This document shows, piece by piece, positions 36,201-50,500 of a DNA stretch of 64,000 nt. The notes beneath the pieces are model-generated. The model worked only from the letters and a program-made list of their open reading frames with translations. It made no database searches and was not told the origin of the DNA. The position numbers and the translations under genes were made by a program. Position 1 is the stretch's first letter, and each line of letters opens with the position of its first letter. The stretch lies in NCBI GenBank assembly GCA_012026655.1, contig JAAILG010000140.1, forward strand, positions 1 to 64,000. Reading direction: 5' to 3'. This DNA is from Hydrolagus affinis (Eukaryota).

Positions 36201-39200
36201 ATTATGTGAGAAGAGTGCAGGGCTCAGTTGTGTTGCACCCTCAAGTGAATGACAATTCAGCTGCTGATCATGAATAATGGCTCTTTGGGTGAGTTTTGCA
36301 GGTTGCCCTTGCCTGTGGAACTGTACTCCAGTAGAAGGAGAGAGAAAAAAGAATAAAAAAACAGCTTCAGGGAACGAGGAGGGAGACAAAAATTAATAGA
36401 AACCAGAATATTGGATGCATGGCCTATTTTAAACGTACTGAAACAAGTCTATTAAAAATATTAATCTCTCTGCTAGTCCCCACAGTGAAGCAGTCATCTT
36501 GAATAATTGTAAAATCTGTACTTCTTTATCCCACTGGGGAAAAAAAACTAATTTATTGAATTGGCTGCTTCTTACAAACAAGTGTGAAATGCAAGAACAT
36601 AAGAACATGAGAATTTGCTTGGCAAGAGAAGACTGAGGTCCAACTAGTCTGTCTTTCACTATGCTGATAATTGTTTGAACATATCTTATATAAAATCAAG
36701 ATAGATGGTATTGACTCCTCCATTTTGGCTCATACAAATAATTACATATATAAAAAAGTGCATCTTACGATAATAATAATCCTTGTATTTGAATACAATG
36801 CCTTAGCAGGTCTCAAAACCCTTCACAGATTACACTATAAAGTGAAGTGACTGTATATTTTGTGGCAGCCAACTGGGCACAGCAGTGTTCCACAAACAGT
36901 TGTGGATTGAGTGACCAAATTATTATTATTTGATACTATTTACAAATAATTGAAATCCATAACTCACCAAAATTTGAGTCATCTCCAAGATCCTTTCCTT
37001 GCTTGATCATGGATTCACCCAAAAGGCCTTCAGGCTGAGGATAACCTGTTGTTTTCACTTGTCCTCGGATCTTTGACATTGTGTTCAACATTCCTAATTT
37101 AGCTCTATAAGCTTAAAAAGAATACCATCTTGTAATGTAGCAATTAGCTTGTAGTGATTATCAAATAAGTTAAAGACGGGAGAAACAAAATGTTTTAAAC
37201 AAATGGAAAGACAAAAAAAATGCTTGTAACCTTTAAAGTGAAAAGGGGAAATGTATTTAGTTAACTATTAATTATGTTGGTATTAGTTACAATTGTACAA
37301 TAGTTTTTTTTAAGTACTTAAAGAAACAGGAGGAATCAAAAGAAACTTGAAAGGGCAAATGTAGTTTGATACGAAAATTGTTCACATAGTAGTTTATTAG
37401 AACATCAAATGCTTTACACAATTTGCTGTAACAAAATTTAAAGGGAACTAGATAAATGCGTGATTAATATAAATGGCACAGTGAGAAAGCAGCAAATTGG
37501 GATTGGAGTGTTAGCTCTGGTGGGAGAGCTAACATCATCATAGGTTTAATGTACCAAAGAGCCTCTAACTGCTGTAATTGCTGTGACCCTTTGAAAAAAA
37601 AGTAAACATTTGGTATGTAAATATTCCAAATACAAGGCAACTGAATGCTTGGACTCTAACCCGAGGAAAACAGAAACTGGTCATTTATTAAACATGTTTT
37701 CCTTTACCTTGTCACCGGTTAGAAAAACAGTTTGAAATAAAAGGGGTGTAAATGGGAGTTCACTGTTCATTGAATACATCAACATCTGAAATTGTTCAGA
37801 ACATGTAATAATATATAATAATCCTTGCATTTGATATAGCACTTTTCACGTCTTGTCGACGTCCCAAAGCGCATCACAGAATATACTGTAAAGTGGATTG
37901 ACTCTATATTTGCGGGCGAATCGCGGCAGTTAATTGTGCACAGCAGTGTCCCACAACAGTTGTGGATTGAAATGACCAATTTTATTATTGTGGTTTTTTT
38001 GGACGGATTATTATTAGGTGTGTGGAGTAAGGAAACTTGCTCAAGGTTTCGCCCTGACCTGCCTGGATTCGAACACAGGTCTCCCCAGCTTGCAAGACAA
38101 GGGCTCTAACCACTAAGCCACACGACAGGGACGTTGTAAGAACACACAAGAGCTTTTGGGGCACCTCTGATCCTCACAGTGTTAATTAAATTCCTGATTC
38201 CAGCTGTTTTGCTGCTGGGAAACTGATTGCAGAGCAGTGTTTCCTCATATAGGGTGACTCCCACCCAAACTCCCTCTCTTTATCTCATACAACCTACAGT
38301 AGGTGGTTCCAGACTGGAAGTTGAACAGCTCAACAAGACGACCGACTCAGTTGAGGAATGAAAAATAAATGATTTTCAGTATAAAACAGTACCTTCAACC
38401 AACAGAAAATACACACAACTCAACAGATCCGAATAAAAGCCAGAAAAAGAAATACATTTTTTAAATGTTAAGTTATGTTATTCCCTTACCTGGATTTGGC
38501 TGCAAGTACTCAGTGGTTTTTGACAGAACCTCGGTCACTGCTTTGTTTGTAGCATCTATTTTCTTACATAAAAAAAAGAAAAATGAAACCCGTTCTACCT
38601 TTGTTTGCCAAATGATTGCAAATACAACCTCTGTATTATTTATTTGTAAACTACTTTCAAGCTTCGGGACACCATTCTTACGGTTATTCACTTAATGAAT
38701 TCCAAGGATAAGGAATAGTTTAAACATAAAATGAGAATTACTTGGGACAAAAATAAACCATCTGGCGATACAACGCCTTCACTTTTCAACAAATTACAAA
38801 TCAAATTACAAATGCCTTGTCATCAAATTATAACACCCTACTTACCAAGCGCGCAAAGCTAATTGTGTCCACTAAATTCACTGTCATCAGATGCTGTGGC
38901 TAATTAGGATGACATGTAACTGAAGGACTACAGCGTGGCCACCCAGCTATCAGTTTTTGCCAAAACCTAGAGAACATGTTCAACATATTTTTGTTGAATA
39001 TGGTGCTAGGAAAAACAACTAGATACATAATTTGAAGGCTTCACCTCACATCAGCCTATTACTGTATTATGAGTTTGAAGAATATGTAGGGCTTCTTTTC
39101 CGAACCGTGCCTTTTATATTACAGTAGAATGTGCAGAAGCTCTTGCATTTTTGACTTACCCGTTCCATTTCTAGAAAATCCTCATCAAGTTTAGTACCTT

Positions 39201-42200
39201 CAGCTCCACCCATTTTTTCACTAACAAACTGCAAAATAGAAACAGTAGTTCAAGTTAAAAAGAAGCATACTTCGTGTAAGAACCACACAGGACGCATCGA
39301 TAACTGCTTATCACTTTGATAACAGTCAGCCTAAAACTGCTACACATATTTGTCCTCAAATCAATATTGTACCAGTAAAGACAGTCCTTGTCTTCCTGGT
39401 CGTATTGGTGGAGACCAAGTTGCAGTTGTTAATGACCTATTGAGTTATTTTGCAACAGCATTATATTGTGTTCGGTACCGAATTGAGATGGGTGTGTTTG
39501 AAATGGATATTTTAGCTATCAAACTATTGATCGATGAAAAAAAATGACAAATTCAGAATTTCCATGAAAATACAGATGAAAGATTAAATGTGCGCATTTA
39601 TATCCCACTATATATACATATATCATACTCATTGTAAGATTTTTTATATACACACAAACTACAGTACTGTATTTATAATCTAGCCACTATCCTATAATTC
39701 AAAGATAAACACAGAAATACAAGAGATTTTCCTGCCTGGTTTTGAACAACGTAAATGGGCCAGAAATTACGCATCTTTAATTTGCTTTATACAATTGCTT
39801 TTTTATCCATCACGCTCATTCCTGTGAGCATCAGAAATTTGTTCCAATCATTGTTCATACAAACTGCTCGGTTGTTGAATACTTATGAAAATTAACCAAA
39901 TCTTCTTAAGAAAAAGGCTTTGCAAATACATAGAATTTGGAAGACTATAGTGACACTATATGTACTAGCTGTCACTCTTCACAATCTAGATTATACTGCA
40001 TTAATATAGTTCTTTAACTAGCACCAATTAACATACTAATGTGGTCACAATTGGGTCAGCCCCAGTACCGCACTGCTTGCAAACATTCATGTCCACATCG
40101 ACTCCTCTTCGCATCACTACTATAAACAAATCTAGAATGATGCTTTTCAGTCTGCCATTGTGTTCTCCGCTCTGTTAGTGCACAGCTTCCAGAAGCCCCA
40201 CAATAGCAGAGAAAATAGTAGTAATGGTCTGAATGGTACTGACGTGAATTCAGGTACAAATTGTGAAAATCTGTGCCTGTGACTAATTAGTTAGCGGACA
40301 GTTGAAGTCAGCAAAATACTGTGCATCCATTTGAGCGTATACCATGCCACCCATTTCTTCACCACGCTGTTTCTTACTAAAATAATGTAATTTTGAAGTA
40401 ATCTTTTAATAACTTTTAATACAAAGTTATGAAAAGGGAAAAAAGCTTATACTGATGTATGAAGGCATTTCAAATCAAAGCTCTAAAAATTTGTTATAAC
40501 GGTTAAAAAAAATGCCAATGGAAACAATTCAAAATGCAGAGACAAGAAGGTTTAACACAAGGACAACTTTTATAGATCGTCAACAAGTGAAACAGACTGC
40601 TTCGCCAGCTAGTGCCATCTCCAGATCAGCTGAACTAAGAAGTAGAAAAAGAGCCTATTGTGTCAGTCGTTGTACTGTTCAGTGTCTGCCAACTGGCATC
40701 GCGGTGCAGTGGACAACATTTTAAACGTGATCTACTGTAGTTCCAATCATATTCAAATAGAACCACTAGTTGTGAAGCAAACTTCAGTAAATGTGAATTA
40801 GATTTACATAATATTGCATGCATTTTTTTAATTAAGAAAACCCTTGTGAGATTAGCTATCTCCAAAAAAATTAATAATAATAATAATAATTTGATATAGC
40901 ACTTTTCACGTCTTCTAGACGTTTCAAAGTGCTTTACAGAATATACTGTAAAGTGAATTGACTGTATATATGTGGGCAAAATGTGGCAGCCAATTGCACA
41001 TAGTAGTGTCCCACAAACAGTTGTGGATTGAAGTGACCAATTTATTATTTAAGCACAGTTAATGTTTAGGTGCAATGTGAGGTTGGTCAGGTTGGAGGAG
41101 GGATTGAGGCAGAGTGTGACAAGAGGTTCAGGGCGTGGTGTCTGAAAGAGTGGCCGCTGACGGTGGCACGGAGGCTGCGAGCAGCATGACAGTGCCAGTT
41201 GAGTGGAAGGGGGCAGGCCATGGAATGGGGCGTGAGCAGGTTGGCGTTGGGGAGCGCGAGGATCTTGAAAAATTGACACCAAAATAATACTGTAATAATA
41301 ATTATCCTTACACTTCACATACCACCTCATCGAGTCATCGAGGTATCTTAAAAGCGCTTCGCAGGATATATAATAAAGTGTAGCGTTTGTGGAGCAAACG
41401 CAGCAGCCAGTGATGTCCCACAAACAGCCACGGAGTAAGTGATTAATTTTATATGGGGGATTGTGGGCCAGGGTACTGAGAGAGAAACATCCTTCTCTTT
41501 CTGAATAGCACCATAGTAGATCTTGAACTTCCATCCTGAACGGGACAAGGGCAGAGAGAGGTTTAACGTCCCACCTGAAAGACGGAATCTCGGACAATGC
41601 AGCTGTTGAGCAGCAACAACAACTTGGATTTACACAGCGCCCCTCATGCAACAACAACAAAATTGCACTTATATAGCGCCTTTCACGTCGGGAGAACGTC
41701 CCAAAGCGTTGAACAGTCTGGTCGGGACCCGAGTGGTGGGGGGGGTGGGGTGAGGGACAGGGTAGGGGGAAGGGGAAGGAGAGTGGGAGAGTGGGAAGAG
41801 TTAGTGGGGCAGCCGAAGGCACGGTCAAAGAGGAAGGCCTTGAGACCAGCCTTGAAGGAGGAATGGGAGGAAGCAAGGCGGAGGGGCTGTGGGATGTAGT
41901 TCCACAGTGTGGGTGCAGAGCGGCTGAAAACCTGGCCGCCGATGGTTGGGCAGTGGACGCAGAGCAGGCCTGAGTCTGCTGAACGGAGGGTGCGGGCAGG
42001 CTGATAGGGAGACAGTAGGTCAGAGATATAAGCGGGGGCAAGGCCGTGAATGGCCTTGAAAGTGAGAACAATCAGGGTAGCATCCCAGAGCACTTGGCAG
42101 TGATGGAGCACGACATTGAGGTGCTGGAGGTGACCAGGCTGGTGGTGGGGGGAGGGAGAACTAGGCAACACAAGAGCGCAGGAGACAGAGCATAATAGAG

Positions 42201-44528
42201 ATTAGAATAAAATATTTCTTTAACTTTGAATCAGAAATTAAGCACTTATAAGGTACACAATACACAATCTAACTTCAAAACTAGTAATATACTGTAACAA
42301 GAAAAGGCATGTTGAAAGGAAGGATGCATATTATTAGAAGCCTCATCTTTCCACCACCCCTACAGTTGGCTCGAGGAAGCCAACTCAATGGCACAAAGTG
42401 AATGGCAAATTGCTGTTATTGAAGAGAAAAAGAAACCATTTATTTGCATTAGCAGCCAATAGGTGGCATTGCATTTTAATTCTGTACCCCAGCTCTGCAC
42501 AAACCAATTGAGCAAAATCCGAAAGAAGTCTTAACATTCTTCCCAATAATAACCATAGATCTCTGAATCTCACAGGTACTAATTGGTACAGAGTCTCTTT
42601 CATCTCTTGGGAGGTCTCAGTATTATTTTTCTACTTCAATCCAGCAAGAGGTTTTCCATCCAGCAAGTGAAACACAACCTTAGTTTGGTTTATTTATGTT
42701 TCCCCTTTGTTATTTTCCCCTAAGGGTACCGCTCATTGTCACTTATCTGCCTCCGAACACCAAAGCATGATGGCTTTTAAAGCTGTTGAGACTACTTTTC
42801 CATCAGGGTATTTTGGTGAGTCAAAGGAATGGATTAAGTACCCTTAAATAGTTTTACCTCTTCTTCCTTAGCTCTCCTCCCACCCAAAGCCACTGCTACT
42901 GATAATAACAGAGAACAGACTCTATACCGTTCCCATGGAAAAAAAAGAATGAGACGCACCTAACCTTTGCAAGCACGTGTAAATACATACAGCAGTAATA
43001 GAACAAAGTGATTGGACTGCACTTCAAGCCGTCCAAATTAACACACCAAGGCATAATCCAAACACGGCACTATAATTTGTGCATGAGGTACAAATACAAT
43101 CTAAAAATGCTAAATATAAATGTAACATAATTTGCAATGGCGACGACTGTTTCTGTGAATAAAAGCATTGGAATTGTTAATGAACGTCATTCCAATGGAC
43201 CACTTGTTTTTCAGTTGATCCCAGTGAAGTCAGGTGTTGAAGTACAGTAGCCTATGGATTAATAATGCCAGACTCTGAACATGGTGCTCATCTGTACAAA
43301 GCAATGACTGATGATCTGACAGCAGGCCCAGGGATACTAATCAGAGTATGAGAGTGGTCAGCACCTCTGCACACCAGTGACTGATGACCACAGGAAGATA
43401 TCAGGCTTTTGTTTTGCAATGTCATTACTGCAGGTCTGCAAGATTTCCATTAGATTACAGAGAGATTGCATTGCATTGCATTCAGTGCACCAGTGTGTCA
43501 AACATGCAATTAAAAAGAATGCCTTGTTGCATCAGTCTAGGTACATCGACAGAAAAACTATAATGCATTCCAGAGGTTTAAAACCTTAAATAACAACACA
43601 TACATTTGATTTAGCATCTTTGACATCAAGACGTCTCAAAGCGCTTTGCGGGATATACTCCAAAGTGCAACGATTATGCATTTTTTGTAGGTAAATCTTA
43701 TAGAAGGTGTGAGAGATAGGCCTACATCACTCTATCTCAGACACTGTTTTAATTAGTTAGATAACTGCCTTTTATATTAGATAATAGAATCAGTTTAATT
43801 TAATACCCATGTCAATCATACACATGCATGCATTTAAATCTTGCTTTTTATAATGTGAAACAATGGTCACTGCTGTAACAATCCAAAGCTGCTTTGCAGC
43901 TACTATAGCCAAATCAATAACTATGGCAACAAGTAATAGCAGTCAGACATCTATCAAAGTTACCATGGTGAAGATGTTCATTATCTGTAAAAGGTTTCTG
44001 ATCCAGAATTACATAAGAAAGGGACACTGTTCAAACATTTATTTGATCTCCGCACACTTCATGGATTTTTTGAGCAATAAAATTTTAAACAGTTTTTACC
44101 CTATTTCACAACTTGAGCTCATTCTAGGGTGACAATGAACTAACCACCAGCGAGTACTCCACTGGTGGGGTTATCAAGGACCTCTGGCTTTTCAATGGGA
44201 TGTTAAAAGATCCTGTGGCTCTGTTCGAAAAGAGAAGGAAATTTCCCCGAGTGTCTTGGTTACCAATCCTCTGGATTAACTGGTCAATCGTGGCTGTTTG
44301 TGGGGCATTCTGGCACAAATGGCTGCTGTGTTTGCCTTCAAGCAATGACTAAATTTGAAAGCAATTTTCTGTGAAGCTCTTTGAGATATTTAGACATGAC
44401 AGGTTTTTCTAAAATTATTTTAAGTTTTTAAAAAAAATATTTTGAACAGAATAATTGATCAGTAAAACAATTTTCATATTTTTAGGAAGAAATGGAAAGA
44501 AATTATTAGAAAACTGGTGCACTGAATA

Positions 44529-44575
<47 letters not shown>

Positions 44576-47500
44576 ATAAAACCACATCTGTCACCTTTGC
44601 AGCAAGTGAATTGGATTGTTTAAGATAAGTTGCCTACATAATATGATTTGATAACAATCACAACACATAGTTCGATGCATAATGTATCTCACCTAAATAT
44701 GTTGTAGCTTAACTTGATTTAGAGGAAAAAGTGAGATGTTTGGGTGAATAAAGAGGCCCATGAATGATCAAAAGATGATGGATGCATTACCTCTCCTTTT
44801 GCTCTCTACCTCTCAAACCTCTAATCCCCACTACATCAAAAAACTGTCTGTTTCCCCATTGAAACTATGAGCATTATTCATCTCCCTGATTGAACTCTTC
44901 CACATATTGACCACCCTCCATGTAATTAAATGAAAACCAGTGTTTGCTTTCACTCTTTAAAGCTTCAGATCATGACCCCGAGTTGTGGGTTTATGGAAAA
45001 TATCAAACAGGCTATTGGAATCCAGCTTGTCTACGCTCTTTGGGATCCGGAAAACGTAAAGCCCATTGAATCACCCCCTTAATCTTCTTTCCACCAGGAT
45101 AAACATGCAGTCTGTCCTCATGGCTCACGTGCTTAAACCTAAACATTAATTTACACACTGTCAGAATCCCCGGGTTGGATTAATTATTGGATCCATGTAA
45201 AGACTTAAATTGACTTTCTAAGGCACTTGACTACACTGTAGTCAAAAATGCATCAACCAGAAGGCACCATGGTGGTTAGTGCGGCAAGTGAGAATATTCA
45301 CCATGGAGGAGCAGGAAATGTTGCTTTATTTTTCAATTTGTACTCTAGGCTGTTTGTACATCTCACTCAAGGCATCCTGCTTACCTGGATATTGTACAAG
45401 GAATTCCCTGCGAGCTTCTCGGCGGGCAACACATCTCAGCATTGTCACCATCTTCCTGCCTGCAGCTCGGGCTCCAAATCGCTCCAAAATCAGGTCATCA
45501 GGCAATATGTGCAAGTGGAGTGACTGTTGACGACATTCTCTGTGAGCAAATATCTAGCCTACCTTTGAGTATCCTTTGAAGCTAGACTTAAGACTGAGAT
45601 CCTGCAATGCGATAAGCAACACAGACAAACCCACATCCCGTTACACTGTGGAGTGACACTTCGTTGAAAAGAATCTTCCTTAAATAAACAAAAAGCCCTC
45701 TATAGATATATCAACTAAACTGGTTTTGGGGCAGTTATCATAAAACCTAGAAGCTGTTAGACTGACCAGACATTTACGTGCAAATTATTTTAAGTTATTA
45801 AGCCTTTTCCCTTCCAGGAAGAACTGCTGATTTGAACAGATCACACTGTAGCAACAACTATTGGGCTTCTGAATGTGACTTGCTGATCATTCGTAACAAG
45901 GACGGAATAGTGGTTTCAGTACTGTACATTTTTTCTGAAGCACTTTAGATATCTAAATGACATCATCCTCTTGGTTCATCTTCCTGCATCACTTGCTGAA
46001 GGCCTGGGGCTATGAAGAACATTGTGAATTGTCCCGTGCTGACTATGTGACAGCACAGAACCGATTGCAAATGGCTGCACTGTTTTAATTGGATCCATAC
46101 TCTTTACTATAGGATGCTATCAACTCAAGGTGTTTCCCCAACTCCTGATCTATGGAAGCCTAGTATCTAAAACATCTGATTCACAAATGCCTGTAACTAT
46201 TCTCCACAGTAGAAGCAGGGACATCTTGCAATTTTTACCTTAGAGCTTCCATTATCAGTTTTAATAATAATCCTTGAATTTGATATAGCGCCTTTTCATG
46301 TCGTTGAGACGTCTCAAAGCACTTCACAGAATATACTATAAAGTGAATTGACTTTTGTGGGCGAAATGCAATGGCCAATTGCACAAGCAGTGTCCCCCAT
46401 AAACAGTCGTGGATTGAGTGACCAAATTATTGTTTTTTTTGAGGGATCATTATTAGGCTTGTGGAGTAAGGAAACTTGCCCAAGGTTTTGCCCTGCTGGG
46501 AATTGAACCCAGGTCTCTCGCTTGTGAGGCGAGTGCTCTAACCACTGAGCTACAGGACTCCAGTTTGGGGGGTATTCAGGAGGGAATCTCCTTGTATCGT
46601 TACAGCCAAAGGATAGTAGGTGATCAGTTTCACTCAATATACAGGAGATGGGTGTAGAATATTGGAACCCTCCACTCGACTCCATCCTGTCTATGAGGTT
46701 TCAAAATAAACATACTTACTTGTGATATTACAACTTTCATGTTAAGAGGACGTCCTGAAGAGATTCACAGTAAAGTGTATTGTCTGTCTTACTATTATTA
46801 TTAGGCCTTTACTTGAAAAACAGGTGACCAAAGTTTGTATCAATATGAGTGGCTGGTGGTTAGAACCTGCCAGGCCTCCTTCAAACTTTATTGTAAATTG
46901 TTTGTACTCTATATAATAACATGGCAAATTTATTTTTTCTTATCCAGCCAAGTTTCCATTAGTTAGAGGTACAGCATGAAAACATGAGCCTCAAGCCCAT
47001 AAGAGACCTTCTGTTGTTAACTGTCAGCCTGTGCTAATAAGATCAAATTATATTCATATTTTATTGCTTCTTTTTATTCAGAACATATCCATTCCCATCT
47101 TGCTTCATACAACATAGAGCCAGTGAAGACTTTCATGCAGGTTTTATGAACATTTCGTTCCATTTCTGCTGTACCCTTGACACTGCTAATTTTCACAGCA
47201 ATCAAATAAGGTTGCTTAAAGTGCAAATGCTAAACAGTCAGCTACTCTGCTCTGAATGCGATGCATCAAATGCAAGGATTATTATTATCAAGTCAGCCCT
47301 CTACATTGTTTTCCAGCAACAGGTCTCACTCTTTCAGAGCTATAATTCATATTTCTAATAAAATTAGAGATTTCCGCACATGGTAAACTAAAGCGAGGCA
47401 GTGTGGATTAGGGACAGTACTTGGGAATCTCAATTTCAAAACACTAGGTCAGATGATGTTCGAAAGAGAGGTCAATAAAAATTGATTTTCAAAAGAAGGA

Positions 47501-50500
47501 ATGTGAGGAAATTCAAATCAACTGTTTGTTTGAGTAAAGACCAGGCATAAAATCATTAAAGTTTCAGTGATTTTAACTATGCTTGATAAGCTGCTTTAAA
47601 TTATTGAAGGCACATAGTGTTTCACTAGCCAAAGGGTGAAAGTAGAGCATGAAGTGCACAGATTGCAAATGTACCTTACCATTAATGTACTATTAGCAAA
47701 AGTAAACTGACAGTAATGGTTTGATTACACACTGAAAGCAGCTACCCTCCTAATTAGAGCATGTTTTTTGTAACCTTTGTGAAGTCTGCAGATTGGAAAG
47801 ATAGCCTCAAACTGGACACAGGTCTTTAAAGTACTTAGAAATACACTGGCATTGCAGTAAAGTCCTGCAAAGTGTTTTAAGATATTTTTCATGCTGGGAC
47901 AAGGTGCTATATTAAACGCAAGGATTATCGTTATATTACACGTAAATAACATCCCACGGGATCAGAAATTGCTGAAGCTACTAGCACAAATACTGAAAAA
48001 ACATGCCAAGAATTTTGTCAGGATGAAAAATAGCTCTCTGACTGAGCAATACTTCAGAAATCCTTACAACAGAAAAAATAAAACTCAAGAGGTTTCACTG
48101 TGCCCCCAAAGCACAAACATTACATCGCTGATGAATGCAAACAGATTTTATGGAGTGATGGAACTAGTTAATTCTTTTGGGAAACAATGAACAAATATTA
48201 GAAACGGCATGAAACAGTAAATACTATTGCTTGTTTCCAAAACCCAAAACACGTAATCTGAAAGAATATAAAAAACAGTGCTACAACGGCAAGCATATTA
48301 TATCCTCCCAGGCAGCAATTTACAGGCCTAATTCATTTATGCAGCAAGCAATGATATCTTTCTGCCCCATCATTCAGTTTCTGAATGATAAAACCCTGCG
48401 ATCAAAACATGATGAAAGACTGGGTGATACACTATTTTAATGCATTATTTTATTACTTTTCGTGTATATTTTTGAATGAATGTCTCTTCTTTCTCTCTCT
48501 CTCTCTCTCTTTCATCTTGGAGGAATTAGATTGTAGAAATATTTCAATTTAAACTTCTGTTGCTTTTGAGTAATAACAATAATAATACTTCCATTTCATA
48601 TAGCGCCTAACAACATAGTTAGCACATCTCAAATCACTTCACCGGGTATACTATACAGTGATTTGAATGTGTATTGTGTGGGAGAAATATTGGGTGGCAG
48701 AAGCTGTTTATATTTCTTGATTTGAGTTAAAATGCAACTTGTTTGGAGCTCCAATGACTATAAAGAGTTACAAAAAATCACTTTTTCTTTTACCAATTAA
48801 ATACAATTTAATTGAACTACATGCAAATGAACTAAGATGCAAGTGATGTCCATCTTGAGAACGGATTGACATATAAATAATAATCTTAACATTCGGTACA
48901 ATGCCTTTAACGTTGGAAGGACGTCCCAGAGCTTCTCACACGATATACTATAATCTACTGTTTAGTGTTGCAAAGGGGAAGACAAACGTTATTTTTTCAA
49001 ATCATTCCAATGATAGGTTTTGTGAAAGGCAGGTTCTCCTTCTTAAATAAATACTGTCAATACCATATGGTTACCCAAACTGCTGAAGGGTGTGGAGTAA
49101 CACCATTCACTCGAGATTGGATCCCTATTTCCTATCTATTTCTAGCAACAGTTTGATTGCCTGTGGAGGCTTTGATGAATCCCACCTATGTTATCAAGCA
49201 GTGTCAGACTTGCTGGTCTGACTGACTTTGATATATTCAGACACCAGTAATATGCAATGACCTTTCCTCCATGAGATGGCAAGGCTTTCAAACAGATTTT
49301 ATTGAGCTCTACTGCATCCCTATTCTTACTATAGTCAATGCACTGCTAGATTCTCTACTTGTACTCATCATTGCTAGATTCTATTTTTCATTGTGTTGTT
49401 TATGAAACATCATATGAAAATGAAAAATCCTCGATTTCTTTAACCTCTCTGTTCTCATCATACATTTTGAGGCAGAAATGGCATTTAATAAAACAGGCTA
49501 TTTGCTCAAAGCCTGTTTTTAGCCAAAGGTCAATTTCTCAGGCAATCAAACAGCAAAGCTCTAAAAATCGATTTGGTCACATTTTTTCCACATAAAAATA
49601 GGAAGGGTATCTGCCGGATCAGTGAATTAGTCAATGGCTCTTAGAAGACAAATGTGCCTGGAGTAAAGTCGGCCACAGTTTTCTAAATGTTAAAACTTTA
49701 AAGCCAAGAGAAGACCATGCTCCTGAGCTGCACATGAATTTGGGGTTCTGAAGTCACTGTGTCTTACCTCTACAGTATTTACAACACTCTTTTTAGTAAT
49801 AAAAAATGCTGACCTTCGTGCCAAGGTTATGAGCAAAATTATGTTACTACTGTATATCACAAGGAAAATATATTAACACGGCATAAACACCACTCTCTAC
49901 AGCAAAGAACAGAAAGAGGCCCAAACTACGCAATAAAATAATTTCCTGATAGTTTGTTATACGGGTGAGGTTTGACAATTTCCTACAATTTACTGATAAC
50001 AACTGCAAATAAGTTTAAAATGTCAATTGGAGAAAAATAATGATGTATATTCATATCTTGGAATTTTTTTTCACTTCCATTGTCCTGATTTGGTAATGGC
50101 AATAAACTGTCAACATCTTAAAATGAAGAAAAGGGTTCAGCAAACAGTTGGAATCTGTTACCAGTTGGAATTTCATTAACAATTGCCCTCCAATGTACTT
50201 TTCAAATAGAAAAAAAAGTCCTCAATTTTCACTCATTTAAAATAGGGTCTAACTTGCAAATTGTACTAACCATGAATAAATAGATAATGCCACACATGGC
50301 TTCGTTATGCAATTAACTTTGAATTAGAAGAACAACACAAGATTCTTAACCAAAGGCAGCTGTAACTCCCTGTGTTTACACATTATTAACAACTTACAAA
50401 TTAGACCTCAATTTGTTTTGGGGGCAAAAATAGACATTGCCATCTGAGTTGGCAAAGTATTCATGAACAGTAGGCAAATACATTTGGATAGGAGTATAAA

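Noticed and set aside
41049-42071. Longest ORF in the track (340 aa, minus)
   Set aside because: It runs through an L2 3' end in a non-ORF2 frame, a Deu SINE and another repeat fragment; a chance open frame across nested repeats.
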